Below are positions 29,032 through 37,820 of a DNA stretch of 38,105 nucleotides, piece after piece; within the stretch, counting starts at the first letter, position 1, and each line of letters starts with the position of its first letter. Source of the stretch: Ferrovibrio sp. Its GTDB lineage: Bacteria; Pseudomonadota; Alphaproteobacteria; Ferrovibrionales; Ferrovibrionaceae. Below the pieces are notes generated by a model. It was not told where the DNA came from, did not search any database, and saw nothing but the letters and a program-made list of their open reading frames with translations. The position numbers and the translations under genes were made by a program. The DNA is taken from NCBI GenBank assembly GCA_041914045.1, contig JAYSEE010000001.1, forward strand, positions 7,561 through 45,665, in the 5' to 3' direction.

Positions 29032-29646
29032 TCAATCCGCCGAAGGCAGGGCCGGTTGCGCCTTGAAGCCGTTGACGAAGAGATCGGAGATGCGGAGCGC
29101 CAGTTCCTTCGGGGCGATCGGACCGCTGCGCTTGTACCAAGTGAAGGTCCAGATCATCATGCCGAACAGCAGCAGCGCATAAGGCGTTTGCACGCGCTCC
29201 TCGCGCATGATTTCGGGGTTGATTTCGCGCAGCAGCATCTGCAGCAGGTCGACGATCTCGTTTTCCATCTTGCGGATATGGTTGTATTGGTCTTTCGGCA
29301 GGTATTTCAGGTCGTTCATCAGGATGATGTGTTCGCTGCGCGAGCGTGCCGCCCCCTGGACGAACGAGTCGACGAATAGTGCGAAACGCTCCTCGGCTGG
29401 AAGATCGAGGGCGATGATGCGCTTCAGATCCGCCGTCTGCTGGGTAATATGCTGATCCACGATGGTGTAGAGCAGCTCCTCCTTGCTTGGGAAGTAGTAG
29501 TAAACGTGGGATTTCGACGCGCCGCAGGCCTGCGCCACCTCCATCATGGTGGCCGTGTCGAAGCCCTTGCGCGCTATAAGCGCAGACGCCTTGTCGATGA
29601 TGAGACGTTTCTTCTCTTCGTAATCATCCGCACGCATGCGCGTCAT
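29032..29646 (-). CDS. TetR/AcrR-family regulator (KstR2/PaaR-like)
   Basis: HTH GFDTATMMEVAQACGASKSHVYYYFPSKEELL; C-terminal FGMMIWTFTWY..G. Confidence 0.93.
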   Translation of the reverse strand: MTRMRADDYEEKKRLIIDKASALIARKGFDTATMMEVAQACGASKSHVYYYFPSKEELLYTIVDQHITQQTADLKRIIALDLPAEERFALFVDSFVQGAARSRSEHIILMNDLKYLPKDQYNHIRKMENEIVDLLQMLLREINPEIMREERVQTPYALLLFGMMIWTFTWYKRSGPIAPKELALRISDLFVNGFKAQPALPSAD

Positions 29647-29717
29647 TCGGCATCTCCAGAGCCGGCATGGCCGGCGGTTCGGTCGTGGATCAACGAATCG
29701 CTCCGCGCAGAAGTCTA

Positions 29718-29766
29718 TTGCATCCGAGGGGGCGCATGGTATAATTAAACCAACGCGTCGGACTAT
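29718..29766 (+). promoter_or_regulatory. sigma70 promoter of the reductase with an adjacent TetR operator
   Basis: TTGCAT-N16-TATAAT with an extended TG; operator ACCAAC-GC-GTCGGA at 29749-29762 covers the expected start site. Confidence 0.72.
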
Positions 29767-29801
29767 AAACGGTTTAAATCAACGCGGCGATCAGGGAGAA
29801 C

Positions 29802-31052
29802 ATGGCGACAGGGAATGGCGGCTTGGTGATCGTTGGGGCTGGGCATGCAGGCAGCGAGCTCGCGGTAGCCGCGCGCCAGAATGGCTGGCAAGGGGCGATC
29901 ACCCTGCTGGGCGATGAAAGCCGTCCGCCCTATCAGCGTCCGCCTTTGTCGAAGGCTTATCTGCTGGGCAAGATGGAGGCCGCCGAGCTTCAATTGCGGC
30001 CGGAATCCGCTTATGCGGCGGCGGCCGTCGATTGGCGTCCTGGAAGCCGCGTCGTGGCGCTTGATCGCGGCGAACGCGCTTTGACGTTGGCCGACGGAAC
30101 CGAACTGCGCTACGAAAAGCTGGCCTGGTGCGCCGGCGGCCGGCCGCGTCCCTTGGTTTGCGCCGGGCTTGATCCGCAGCGCCCGCCGGCGAATCTCTTT
30201 TATCTTCGCACGGCGGCTGATTCCGATGCGATCCGGGCAGCGCTGCATGCCGGCGCCCGTCTTGTCGTTGTCGGCGGCGGCTATGTCGGACTTGAGGTTG
30301 CCGCCTCGGCGCGCGAACTCGGCGCCGACGTGACCCTGTTGGAGGCGCAGCCGCGCTTGCTGGCGCGGGTGGCTGGAGAACCGGTTGCCGCTTTCTACGC
30401 ATCCGTTCATCGCGCCGCCGGCGTGCAGGTGCTCACCGGCATGGAGGTGGCGGCGATCGAAACCGATGGCGAAGCTGTATCGGCCGTGGTCTGCCGCGAT
30501 GGCGCGCGATTGCAAGCCGATCTCGTCGTGGTCGGCATCGGCATGTTGCCTAATATAGAGGCGCTGCAGGCCGCAGGTCTTGCGGATCGGGATGGCGTGG
30601 CGGTCGATGAGAATTCATGCACGGCGGACCCCGACATCGTGGCGGCGGGCGATTGCACGACGCAGCGCCACCCGCTGTATGATCGGCAGGTACGCATCGA
30701 ATCGGTGCCCAACGCCTTGGAGCAGGCCCGTGCCGCCGCCGCTTGGTTGTGCGGCAAATGCAAGCCGAACCGCCAATTGCCATGGTTCTGGTCCGATCAG
30801 TATGATCTCAAGCTGCAAATGGCCGGGTTGTCCGCCGGCTTCGACCGCTGCGTGCTGCGCGGCGAGCCGGCCGCGCGCAGTTTTTGCGCCTTCTACCTGC
30901 ATGGCCGACGCCTGCTCGCGATGGAGGCCGTGAACCGGCCCGCCGATTTCATGCTGGCGCGTCGAATGCTCGCGCGCCCTATTGATGCCGACTCGCAATT
31001 CCTCGCCGATGAATCTATCCCCCTCAAGGAGATACTGAACCCCGCTGCCTAA
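29802..31052 (+). CDS. NAD(P)H:ferredoxin reductase (putidaredoxin-reductase/GR type)
   Basis: IVGAGHAG, PYQRPPLSK, VVGGGYVGLE, AAGD and PWFWSDQYD; GGGAG RBS. Confidence 0.94.
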   Translation: MATGNGGLVIVGAGHAGSELAVAARQNGWQGAITLLGDESRPPYQRPPLSKAYLLGKMEAAELQLRPESAYAAAAVDWRPGSRVVALDRGERALTLADGTELRYEKLAWCAGGRPRPLVCAGLDPQRPPANLFYLRTAADSDAIRAALHAGARLVVVGGGYVGLEVAASARELGADVTLLEAQPRLLARVAGEPVAAFYASVHRAAGVQVLTGMEVAAIETDGEAVSAVVCRDGARLQADLVVVGIGMLPNIEALQAAGLADRDGVAVDENSCTADPDIVAAGDCTTQRHPLYDRQVRIESVPNALEQARAAAAWLCGKCKPNRQLPWFWSDQYDLKLQMAGLSAGFDRCVLRGEPAARSFCAFYLHGRRLLAMEAVNRPADFMLARRMLARPIDADSQFLADESIPLKEILNPAA

Positions 31053-31116
31053 CCTGCCAGGGCGATGGCCCGGGAACGGCGGCGGATCCGAACCCCCATA
31101 CCCGCTTAAATGAAAG

Positions 31117-31130
31117 ACCGACACGACGGT
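31117..31130. promoter_or_regulatory. TetR-type operator upstream of the Liv-type ABC operon
   Basis: AAAG-ACCGAC-AC-GACGGT-TTA; flanks match those of the 19319 site (AAAG...TTA). Confidence 0.72.
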
Positions 31131-31148
31131 TTAATTATGGTTCCGACA

Positions 31149-31973
31149 ATGACCGCGGCCCGCAACATCGGATCGTCGCCTGCGCTGGCGATCCACAATA
31201 TTCAAATCGTCTATGGCGGCGCCATCGAAGCCGTGCGCGACGTATCGCTGGAAGTGCGCGCCGGACAGATCGTGGCGCTGCTCGGCTCGAACGGCGCCGG
31301 GAAGTCCAGCGTGCTGAAGGCCGTGTCCGGCGTGCTCGACGCGGAGGATGGCGAGATCGAGAAGGGTTCGATCCAGCTTTTCGGCGAAGCCACCGAGCGC
31401 GCCTCGGCGCCGTCCATCGTGCGGCGCGGCATGGTGCAGGTGCCGGAAGGCCGCCGGCTGTTCGGCACGCTCACCGTCGAGGAGAATCTGATTGTCGGCG
31501 CGCATCTGCGGGGCGCGGCCGAATTGTCGGCGACGCGCGACTATGTCTACGGCTTGTTTCCGCGCCTGGCGGAGCGCCGCCGGCAGATCGCGGGCTATCT
31601 TTCCGGCGGCGAGCAGCAAATGGTGGCGATCGGCCGCGCGCTGATGAGCCGGCCGAAGCTGCTGGCGCTCGACGAACCTTCTCTTGGCCTGGCGCCGCTG
31701 ATCGTCAGCGAGATATTCGCCAGCATCCGCAAGCTGCGCGATACATCGGATCTGACGATTCTGCTGGTGGAGCAGAATGCCAGCCGCGCGCTGACCATCG
31801 CCGACTATGCCTACATCATGGAAAACGGCCGCGTGGTGCTGGACGGCACCAGCGAGCAGCTGCGCCGCAACCAGGATGTGCGTGAATTCTATCTTGGCCT
31901 TTCCGCACAATCCGGGCGCACGCATATGAAGGATGTGAAGCATTACAAACGCCGCAAGAGGTGGCTGTCATGA
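31149..31973 (+). CDS. Branched-chain-type ABC transporter ATP-binding protein (LivF-like)
   Basis: GSNGAGKS, LSGGEQQM, DEPSLGLAP and VEQNA; C-terminal KHYKRRKRWLS. Start is uncertain (31137 or 31149). Confidence 0.92.
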   Translation: MTAARNIGSSPALAIHNIQIVYGGAIEAVRDVSLEVRAGQIVALLGSNGAGKSSVLKAVSGVLDAEDGEIEKGSIQLFGEATERASAPSIVRRGMVQVPEGRRLFGTLTVEENLIVGAHLRGAAELSATRDYVYGLFPRLAERRRQIAGYLSGGEQQMVAIGRALMSRPKLLALDEPSLGLAPLIVSEIFASIRKLRDTSDLTILLVEQNASRALTIADYAYIMENGRVVLDGTSEQLRRNQDVREFYLGLSAQSGRTHMKDVKHYKRRKRWLS

Positions 31974-32764
31974 GCAGCGCATCGTCCAAGCTTCCGGTGC
32001 TCGATGTGCGCGGCATCTCAAAGCATTTCGGCGGCGTCCGAGCGGTTACCGATGTCAGCCTGAAGGTCATGCCGGGCGAGATTGTCAGCTTGATCGGCCC
32101 GAATGGCGCCGGCAAGACCACCACCTTCAACCTGATCAGCGGCGTGCTGCCGCCAAGCGGCGGGCAAATCTTGTTTCAGGGCCGCGACGTGGCGCGGCTA
32201 AAGCCGTCTGATTTCGCGCGTCTCGGCATCGGCCGCACGTTCCAGAATCTGGCGTTGTTCCGCCATGGCAGCGTGGTGGAGAATCTGCTGATCGGCCGGC
32301 ATACCCATTTCCGCTACACCGTGCTGGAAGCCCTGCTGTTCTGGGGGCGTCCGCGCCGGGCGGAAATCGCCGCGCGCGAAAAGGTGGAGCAGATCATCGA
32401 ATTCTTGGAAATCGAGGAACTGCGCGACAAGCCGGTATCGCAATTGGCATACGGCCAGCAGAAGCGGGTGGAACTCGGCCGCGCCCTGGCCTGCGAGCCG
32501 AGCCTGCTGCTGCTGGATGAAATCGTCGCCGGCATGAACCGCGAGGAAAAGGAAGACATTGCCCGCTTCATTCTGGATATCCGCGACGAATTCGGCATCG
32601 CCGTGCTGATGGTCGAGCATGACATGCAGGTGGTGATGGATCTCTCTGATCGCATCTATGTGCTGGATTTCGGTTCGCTGATCGCCGAGGGCGAACCTGC
32701 GGAGGTGGCGGCAAATCCCGCTGTGCTTCAGGCCTATCTGGGCGAGGAGGCGGCCCATGCTTGA
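31970..32764 (+). CDS. Branched-chain-type ABC transporter ATP-binding protein (LivG-like)
   Basis: GPNGAGKT, RTFQN, LAYGQQKRVE, VEHDM and AYLG; ATGA overlap. Confidence 0.93.
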   Translation: MSSASSKLPVLDVRGISKHFGGVRAVTDVSLKVMPGEIVSLIGPNGAGKTTTFNLISGVLPPSGGQILFQGRDVARLKPSDFARLGIGRTFQNLALFRHGSVVENLLIGRHTHFRYTVLEALLFWGRPRRAEIAAREKVEQIIEFLEIEELRDKPVSQLAYGQQKRVELGRALACEPSLLLLDEIVAGMNREEKEDIARFILDIRDEFGIAVLMVEHDMQVVMDLSDRIYVLDFGSLIAEGEPAEVAANPAVLQAYLGEEAAHA

Positions 32765-34616
32765 GCATGACAAGCTGATCCGGGGCGAGGCCACTTTGCC
32801 TGCGCTGCTTCGCTTCCGCGCCGAGGAGCGCGGCCAGCAGGTGGCGTTGCGCGAGAAGGATCGCGGCGTTTGGCGCGGCCGCACCTGGGCGGAATACTAC
32901 CGGGATGCGCGCCGGGTGGCGCTCGGCCTCACCAAGCTCGGATTGCAGCGCGGCGATCGCATCGTGATCGCCGCCGAGGATGTGCCGGAATGGTTTTATG
33001 CCGATCTCGGCGCGCAGATGATCGGCGTGCAGGTGGTGGGCATTTATCCCACCAACCCCTGGCCCGAGGTGCACTACATCGCCGGACATTGTCAGGCGAA
33101 GCTCGCCATCGCCGGCGATCAGGAGCAGACTGACAAGGTGCTGGACGCGATGCGCAGCGATTCCGGCCTGCCGCATCTGCGGCATGTATTCTGCGTCGAT
33201 ATGAAGGGCCTGCGCCGCTACGCGCCCGGCCAGCCGCATGCTTTTGCCCATCTGCTGGAACTTGGCGACCGCTATGCCGAAGAGGAGCCGGACGCGCAGC
33301 GCCGGCTGGACGAGGCCATCGCCTCGTTGGTGCCCGACGATGTCAACATCCTGGTCTATACCTCCGGCACCACCGGCCCGCCGAAGGGCGCCATGCTGAC
33401 GCACCGCAATTTCGTCTACGGCGCCTATGCCTATATGTCCGCGCGCCGGATGCAGGGCAAGCGGTTCGAATCGGTTTGCTATTTGCCGCTCTGCCATGTG
33501 GCGGAACGCGGCTATTCCACGGTTCAGCATTTGTTGACGGGCGGCTGCGTGAACTTCGCCGAATCAATCGACACCGTGGCGAGCAACATCCGCGAAATCG
33601 CGCCGACCTTCTTTCTCGGCGTGCCGCGCATATGGGAGAAGCTACAGCAGAGCTTCGAATTCCGTATGAAGGATAGCGGACGGCCGCAGCAATGGCTCTA
33701 TCGGCTGGCGATGCGGCGCGGACGGGTCTTGTCGGATCGGCGCGCGGTGCATGGCCGTCTTGTCGCGGTGCGCGACAAGTTGGAATACGCTTTATGGTTT
33801 CTGCTGATGTTCCGGAACATGCAGCGCCATATGGGCCTGGATCGGACCCATACGCGCATGTGCGGCGGCGCCTCGGTGTCGCCCGAGACTCTGAAGTTCT
33901 TCGACATCATCGGGCTTCCGGTGGGGCAGGGCTACGGCCTTACGGAAGCCGGCGGCCTTGCCTTCGTGCAATTGCCGGGGCGGCCTTATATCGCCGGCAG
34001 CTGCGGCCCGGCGATGGAGGGCGTCGAGTGGAAACTCGGCGAGGACGGCGAGGTTTTCCTGCGCTCGCCGGGCGTTTTCAAGGGCTATCTGTTCGATGAC
34101 AAGGGAACCGCGGATATTCTGTCCGCCGATGGCTGGCTTGCCAGCGGCGACATCGTCGAAAAGCGCGGCGCCGACGAAATCGCCGTGGTGGACCGCAAGA
34201 AAGCGATCATCATCACCAGCGGCGGCAAGAATATCGCGCCGTCCGAAATCGAGAATGCTTTGAAGGACAGCCAGTTCATCCGCGAGGCGATCGTGGTGGG
34301 CGAGGGCAAGAAATTCCTCGGCGGCCTGATCCAGATTGATTTCGATGCGGTGGGGCGCTGGGCCGCCGAACGCGATCTGCAATACACCACCTTCAAATCC
34401 CTGACGCAGATGCAGGAAGTGCGCGAACTCATCCAGGATGTGGTGAACGATGTGAATGCGCGGTTCGCCCGCGTGGAGAATATCCGCAAATTCGTGTTGC
34501 TGGAAAAGGAACTCGATCACGACGACGGCGAATTGACGGCGACGCAGAAGGTGCGCCGCGGCCTGATCGGCAAGAAATTCGCCCGGGAACTCGAAATCAT
34601 CTATGGGGGCGCGTGA
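32757..34616 (+). CDS. AMP-dependent acyl-CoA ligase (long-chain fatty-acid-CoA ligase-like)
   Basis: YTSGTTGPPKG, YLPLCHVAER, GYGLTE, SGD, GKNIAP and ELTATQK. Confidence 0.93.
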   Translation: MLEHDKLIRGEATLPALLRFRAEERGQQVALREKDRGVWRGRTWAEYYRDARRVALGLTKLGLQRGDRIVIAAEDVPEWFYADLGAQMIGVQVVGIYPTNPWPEVHYIAGHCQAKLAIAGDQEQTDKVLDAMRSDSGLPHLRHVFCVDMKGLRRYAPGQPHAFAHLLELGDRYAEEEPDAQRRLDEAIASLVPDDVNILVYTSGTTGPPKGAMLTHRNFVYGAYAYMSARRMQGKRFESVCYLPLCHVAERGYSTVQHLLTGGCVNFAESIDTVASNIREIAPTFFLGVPRIWEKLQQSFEFRMKDSGRPQQWLYRLAMRRGRVLSDRRAVHGRLVAVRDKLEYALWFLLMFRNMQRHMGLDRTHTRMCGGASVSPETLKFFDIIGLPVGQGYGLTEAGGLAFVQLPGRPYIAGSCGPAMEGVEWKLGEDGEVFLRSPGVFKGYLFDDKGTADILSADGWLASGDIVEKRGADEIAVVDRKKAIIITSGGKNIAPSEIENALKDSQFIREAIVVGEGKKFLGGLIQIDFDAVGRWAAERDLQYTTFKSLTQMQEVRELIQDVVNDVNARFARVENIRKFVLLEKELDHDDGELTATQKVRRGLIGKKFARELEIIYGGA

Positions 34617-34617
34617 T

Positions 34618-35490
34618 ATGGGATACTTCGTCGAACTCGTGGTGTCCGGATTGGCCCTCGGCGCTGTATACGGCCTTGCCGCGATGAGCTTCGCGGTGAT
34701 CTACAAGGCGACGGGCATCGTCAATTTCGCCCAGGGCGAAATGGGAATGCTGACGGCCTATACCACCTGGTCGCTGGCCACGGCGATGGGCACGAGCGGG
34801 CCGCTGACCGTGCTGACCGCGATTGCCGTCGGCGCGTTGCTCGGCCTGATCTGCGAACGCCTGATCATGCGGCCGATGCTTGGCGAGCCGGTTTTGTCGG
34901 TGGTTCTGGTGACGATCGGTTTGGCCGTGGTGCTGCGCTCCATCGTCACCATCGTTTGGGGCGCTTCGCCGCATAAATTCGAGGTCGTCGGCGCCGACAG
35001 GATCGTCGATCTGGGCGGCATCGGGCTGCGCGTCAGCCAGATCAGCGTATTCGTGATGCTGTTCCTCGCCCTTGCCGGCTTCTGGTTTTTCCTGCGCTAC
35101 AGCCGTTTCGGCGTTGCGATGCGGGCCGCCGCATATGACGAGAAGACGGCGCGGCTGATGGGCGTATCCACCGCGCGCATCCAGGCGGTGGCCTGGGCAT
35201 CCTCCTCCGCCTTGGCCGGATTGGTGGGCGCGCTATTCGCGGTCATTTATGGCCTTACGCCCTCGGTATACGAACTCGGCCTCAAAGCCTTTCCCGCCAC
35301 GGTGCTGGGCGGTTTCGATTCGGTGATCGGCTCCGGCATGAGCGGCCTGATCATCGGCGTTCTGGAAAATCTGGTGGGCGGCTATCTGCCCAGCACGCTC
35401 AAGGAGATTGCCGGCTTCGTGCTGATCCTTGTCGTGCTGATGGTGCGGCCATTCGGCCTGTTCGGCGAAAAGCGGATCGTGAGAGTGTAA
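34618..35490 (+). CDS. Branched-chain-type ABC transporter permease (LivH-like)
   Basis: VNFAQGE, G.AMRA, LGGFDS and RPFGLFG; hydrophobic throughout. Confidence 0.93.
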   Translation: MGYFVELVVSGLALGAVYGLAAMSFAVIYKATGIVNFAQGEMGMLTAYTTWSLATAMGTSGPLTVLTAIAVGALLGLICERLIMRPMLGEPVLSVVLVTIGLAVVLRSIVTIVWGASPHKFEVVGADRIVDLGGIGLRVSQISVFVMLFLALAGFWFFLRYSRFGVAMRAAAYDEKTARLMGVSTARIQAVAWASSSALAGLVGALFAVIYGLTPSVYELGLKAFPATVLGGFDSVIGSGMSGLIIGVLENLVGGYLPSTLKEIAGFVLILVVLMVRPFGLFGEKRIVRV

Positions 35491-36536
35491 TGCGCAGCGG
35501 ATATTTCAAGGAACGCTATAGCGATCTGATCGTTCTGACCGATTCCGCGGCGGTCAAGGCCTGGACTGCTGCATTGGTGGCGGCGCTGGCTGCCGCTCCA
35601 TTCCTGTTGAACAGCTATCTGCTGTCCTATCTGATCATCATCCTGTTCACGCTCGTCGGCGCGCTGGGGCTGATGGTGCTGACCGGTTTCACCGGATTGA
35701 TTTCGCTCGGCCATGTCGGCTTCCTGCAATTGGGCGGCTATACCTATGCCATCAGCGTGATGCGCCTCGGCCTGCCGCCGGAACTCGCGCTGCTGCTGTC
35801 GGCCATAGTCCCGGCGGTTTTCGGGCTTATCGTGGGCATTCCGTCGCTGCGGCTGCACGGCCTCTATCTGGCGATCACGACGCTGGCCTTCAGCCATATC
35901 GTCAGCGCGCTGATCCTGTCCGGCGGCAGCTTTACCGGCGCCGGACGCGGCATCCGCATTCCGCCGCAAACGCTGTTCGGCTTCGATCTGTCCAGCGAGC
36001 AATCCTTCTACTGGTTCTGCCTAGTCATGTGCATCCTGGCGATGATGGTGACGCTGAATCTGCGCCGCTCCTATATCGGTCGTGCGCTGGTCGCCATTCG
36101 CGACAACGATATCGCGGCGCGCACCATGGGCATCAATCTGGTGCGCTACAAATTGCTGGCCTTCCTGGTAAGCGCGGCGTTGACCGGCTTGGCGGGCGCG
36201 ATGATGGGCATGTATCTGAGCATCGTCAGCGTCGAAGGCTATCCCTTCCTGCTTTCCATCGAGGCCTTGGCGATCATCATCGTGGGCGGCATCGGCTCCG
36301 TGCTCGGAGCCGTGTTCGGCACGGTCTTCATCGTCATCCTGCCGGAATTGTTCAGTTCGCTGATGGCCTTGATGGGCGGCTATCTGAACGATCTGCTGGT
36401 CACCAGCGCGCATGAAATCAAGAGCGTGCTCTATGGCTTGGCGATCGTGGCTTTTCTGCGCTTCGATCCGCGCGGCCTGCTCGGCATATGGCACGATATC
36501 AGGCATGCCTGGGTATTTTGGCCGCTGCGGTATTGA
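35490..36536 (+). CDS. Branched-chain-type ABC transporter permease (LivM-like)
   Basis: SLGHVGF, GLYLAITTLAF, GRALVAIRDN and GGIGS; TAATG overlap. Confidence 0.93.
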   Translation: MRSGYFKERYSDLIVLTDSAAVKAWTAALVAALAAAPFLLNSYLLSYLIIILFTLVGALGLMVLTGFTGLISLGHVGFLQLGGYTYAISVMRLGLPPELALLLSAIVPAVFGLIVGIPSLRLHGLYLAITTLAFSHIVSALILSGGSFTGAGRGIRIPPQTLFGFDLSSEQSFYWFCLVMCILAMMVTLNLRRSYIGRALVAIRDNDIAARTMGINLVRYKLLAFLVSAALTGLAGAMMGMYLSIVSVEGYPFLLSIEALAIIIVGGIGSVLGAVFGTVFIVILPELFSSLMALMGGYLNDLLVTSAHEIKSVLYGLAIVAFLRFDPRGLLGIWHDIRHAWVFWPLRY

Positions 36537-36604
36537 TGGTTTTGCGTAACAAGAGGATTACCAGCCGTGGCGAAAAAGCCACAAACAGCAAAAACGGAGG
36601 GAAC

Positions 36605-37762
36605 ATGAACAAGACGCTTTCAATCGCCGCCGCGCTGGCGGCTTTGCTGGCCAGCGCGGCCTTTCCGGTGCATGCCCAGCAGGGCGTGACGGCTTCGGAA
36701 ATTCTGATCGGCGATATCCTGCCGCTGACCGGTCCGCCGGCTCTGCTCGGCGTGGCGCATAATCTCGGCGTGAAGGCCGCCGTCGAGGAAGTGAATGCGG
36801 CGGGCGGCATCGCCGGCCGCAAGCTGCGGCTGATTTCGGAGGATGACGGCTATGTGCCCAGCCGCACGGTGCAAGGCACCCGCAAGCTGCTCAGCAGCGA
36901 CAAGGTGTTTGCCCTCACATCGGTTTCGGGCACCGCGCAGGCCGAGGCGATCATGCCGCTGATCAAGCAGGCCGGCATCCCGGCGATGGCGCCGATTACC
37001 ACCTTCGAAGGTCTGTACAAGCCGACGATCAAGAATGTGTTCGTGGTCGGCTACGACATGAGCAAGGCGGTGGAAGACCTGACCACCATGCTTGCCGCGC
37101 GTTTTCCCGGCAAGAAGTGGGCCATCATCTCGCAGGACGATGAATACGGCGATAACGTCCGCTCCGGTTTCGAGCGCGCGACCAAGAGCAAGAAGATCGA
37201 GGTGGTCTCTTCCCAGATTTACAAGAAGGGCCAGACCGATTTCTCGTCCGAAATTCTGAAGGTGAAGCAGGCCGGCGCCGAAGCCCTGCTGGCCGGCGGC
37301 GTGCTGGGCGAGAATGTGGCCATGGCCAAGGAGCTTGAGCGCATCGGCCATAAGATTCCGGTGGGCGTGACCTATGTGTCGCGCGTTCCGGCCAGCGCCA
37401 AGCTGATGGGCAGCGCGGGCGAGAATGTGTATACGGTCGATTACGTGTATCTTGAGCATTCCGCCGAAGGGAAGGCCTTCACCGCCAAGCTGGCCAAATA
37501 TCTCAGCCCCGAGGAAATGGCGCGGGTGAATCGCTATACCTATACCGGCTATGGGGCTGCGCGCGCGCTGTTCGATGCCATGTCGCGTTGCGCCAAGACG
37601 CTGACCTGGGATTGCACCAATGCGCAATTGGCCAAGGTCACCAATCTCGAAACCGGAGTGATGACGCCGATCACCTTCACCGCGGCGAATCATCTGGCGG
37701 CGCCGAAGCTGTTTCTGTTGAAGGCGGATCCGGCGGCCGTAACCTACCAGCCGGTGCAGTAA
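36605..37762 (+). CDS. Branched-chain-type ABC transporter substrate-binding protein
   Basis: Signal peptide ending VHA, PLTGP, NAAGGIAGRKL, DDGY and DDEYG; GGAGG RBS. Confidence 0.92.
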   Translation: MNKTLSIAAALAALLASAAFPVHAQQGVTASEILIGDILPLTGPPALLGVAHNLGVKAAVEEVNAAGGIAGRKLRLISEDDGYVPSRTVQGTRKLLSSDKVFALTSVSGTAQAEAIMPLIKQAGIPAMAPITTFEGLYKPTIKNVFVVGYDMSKAVEDLTTMLAARFPGKKWAIISQDDEYGDNVRSGFERATKSKKIEVVSSQIYKKGQTDFSSEILKVKQAGAEALLAGGVLGENVAMAKELERIGHKIPVGVTYVSRVPASAKLMGSAGENVYTVDYVYLEHSAEGKAFTAKLAKYLSPEEMARVNRYTYTGYGAARALFDAMSRCAKTLTWDCTNAQLAKVTNLETGVMTPITFTAANHLAAPKLFLLKADPAAVTYQPVQ

Positions 37763-37785
37763 GCGCCGGGGCGTCCGGGATATGG

Positions 37786-37820
37786 GGCTGAAGCGGCAGA
37801 CCCGCCGCTTCAGCCTTTCT
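37786..37820 (+). terminator. Stem-loop between the convergent SBP and TetR genes (probable terminator)
   Basis: GGCTGAAGCGGC-agaccc-GCCGCTTCAGCC (12-bp stem) followed by TTTCT; overlaps the TetR stop codon. Confidence 0.7.
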
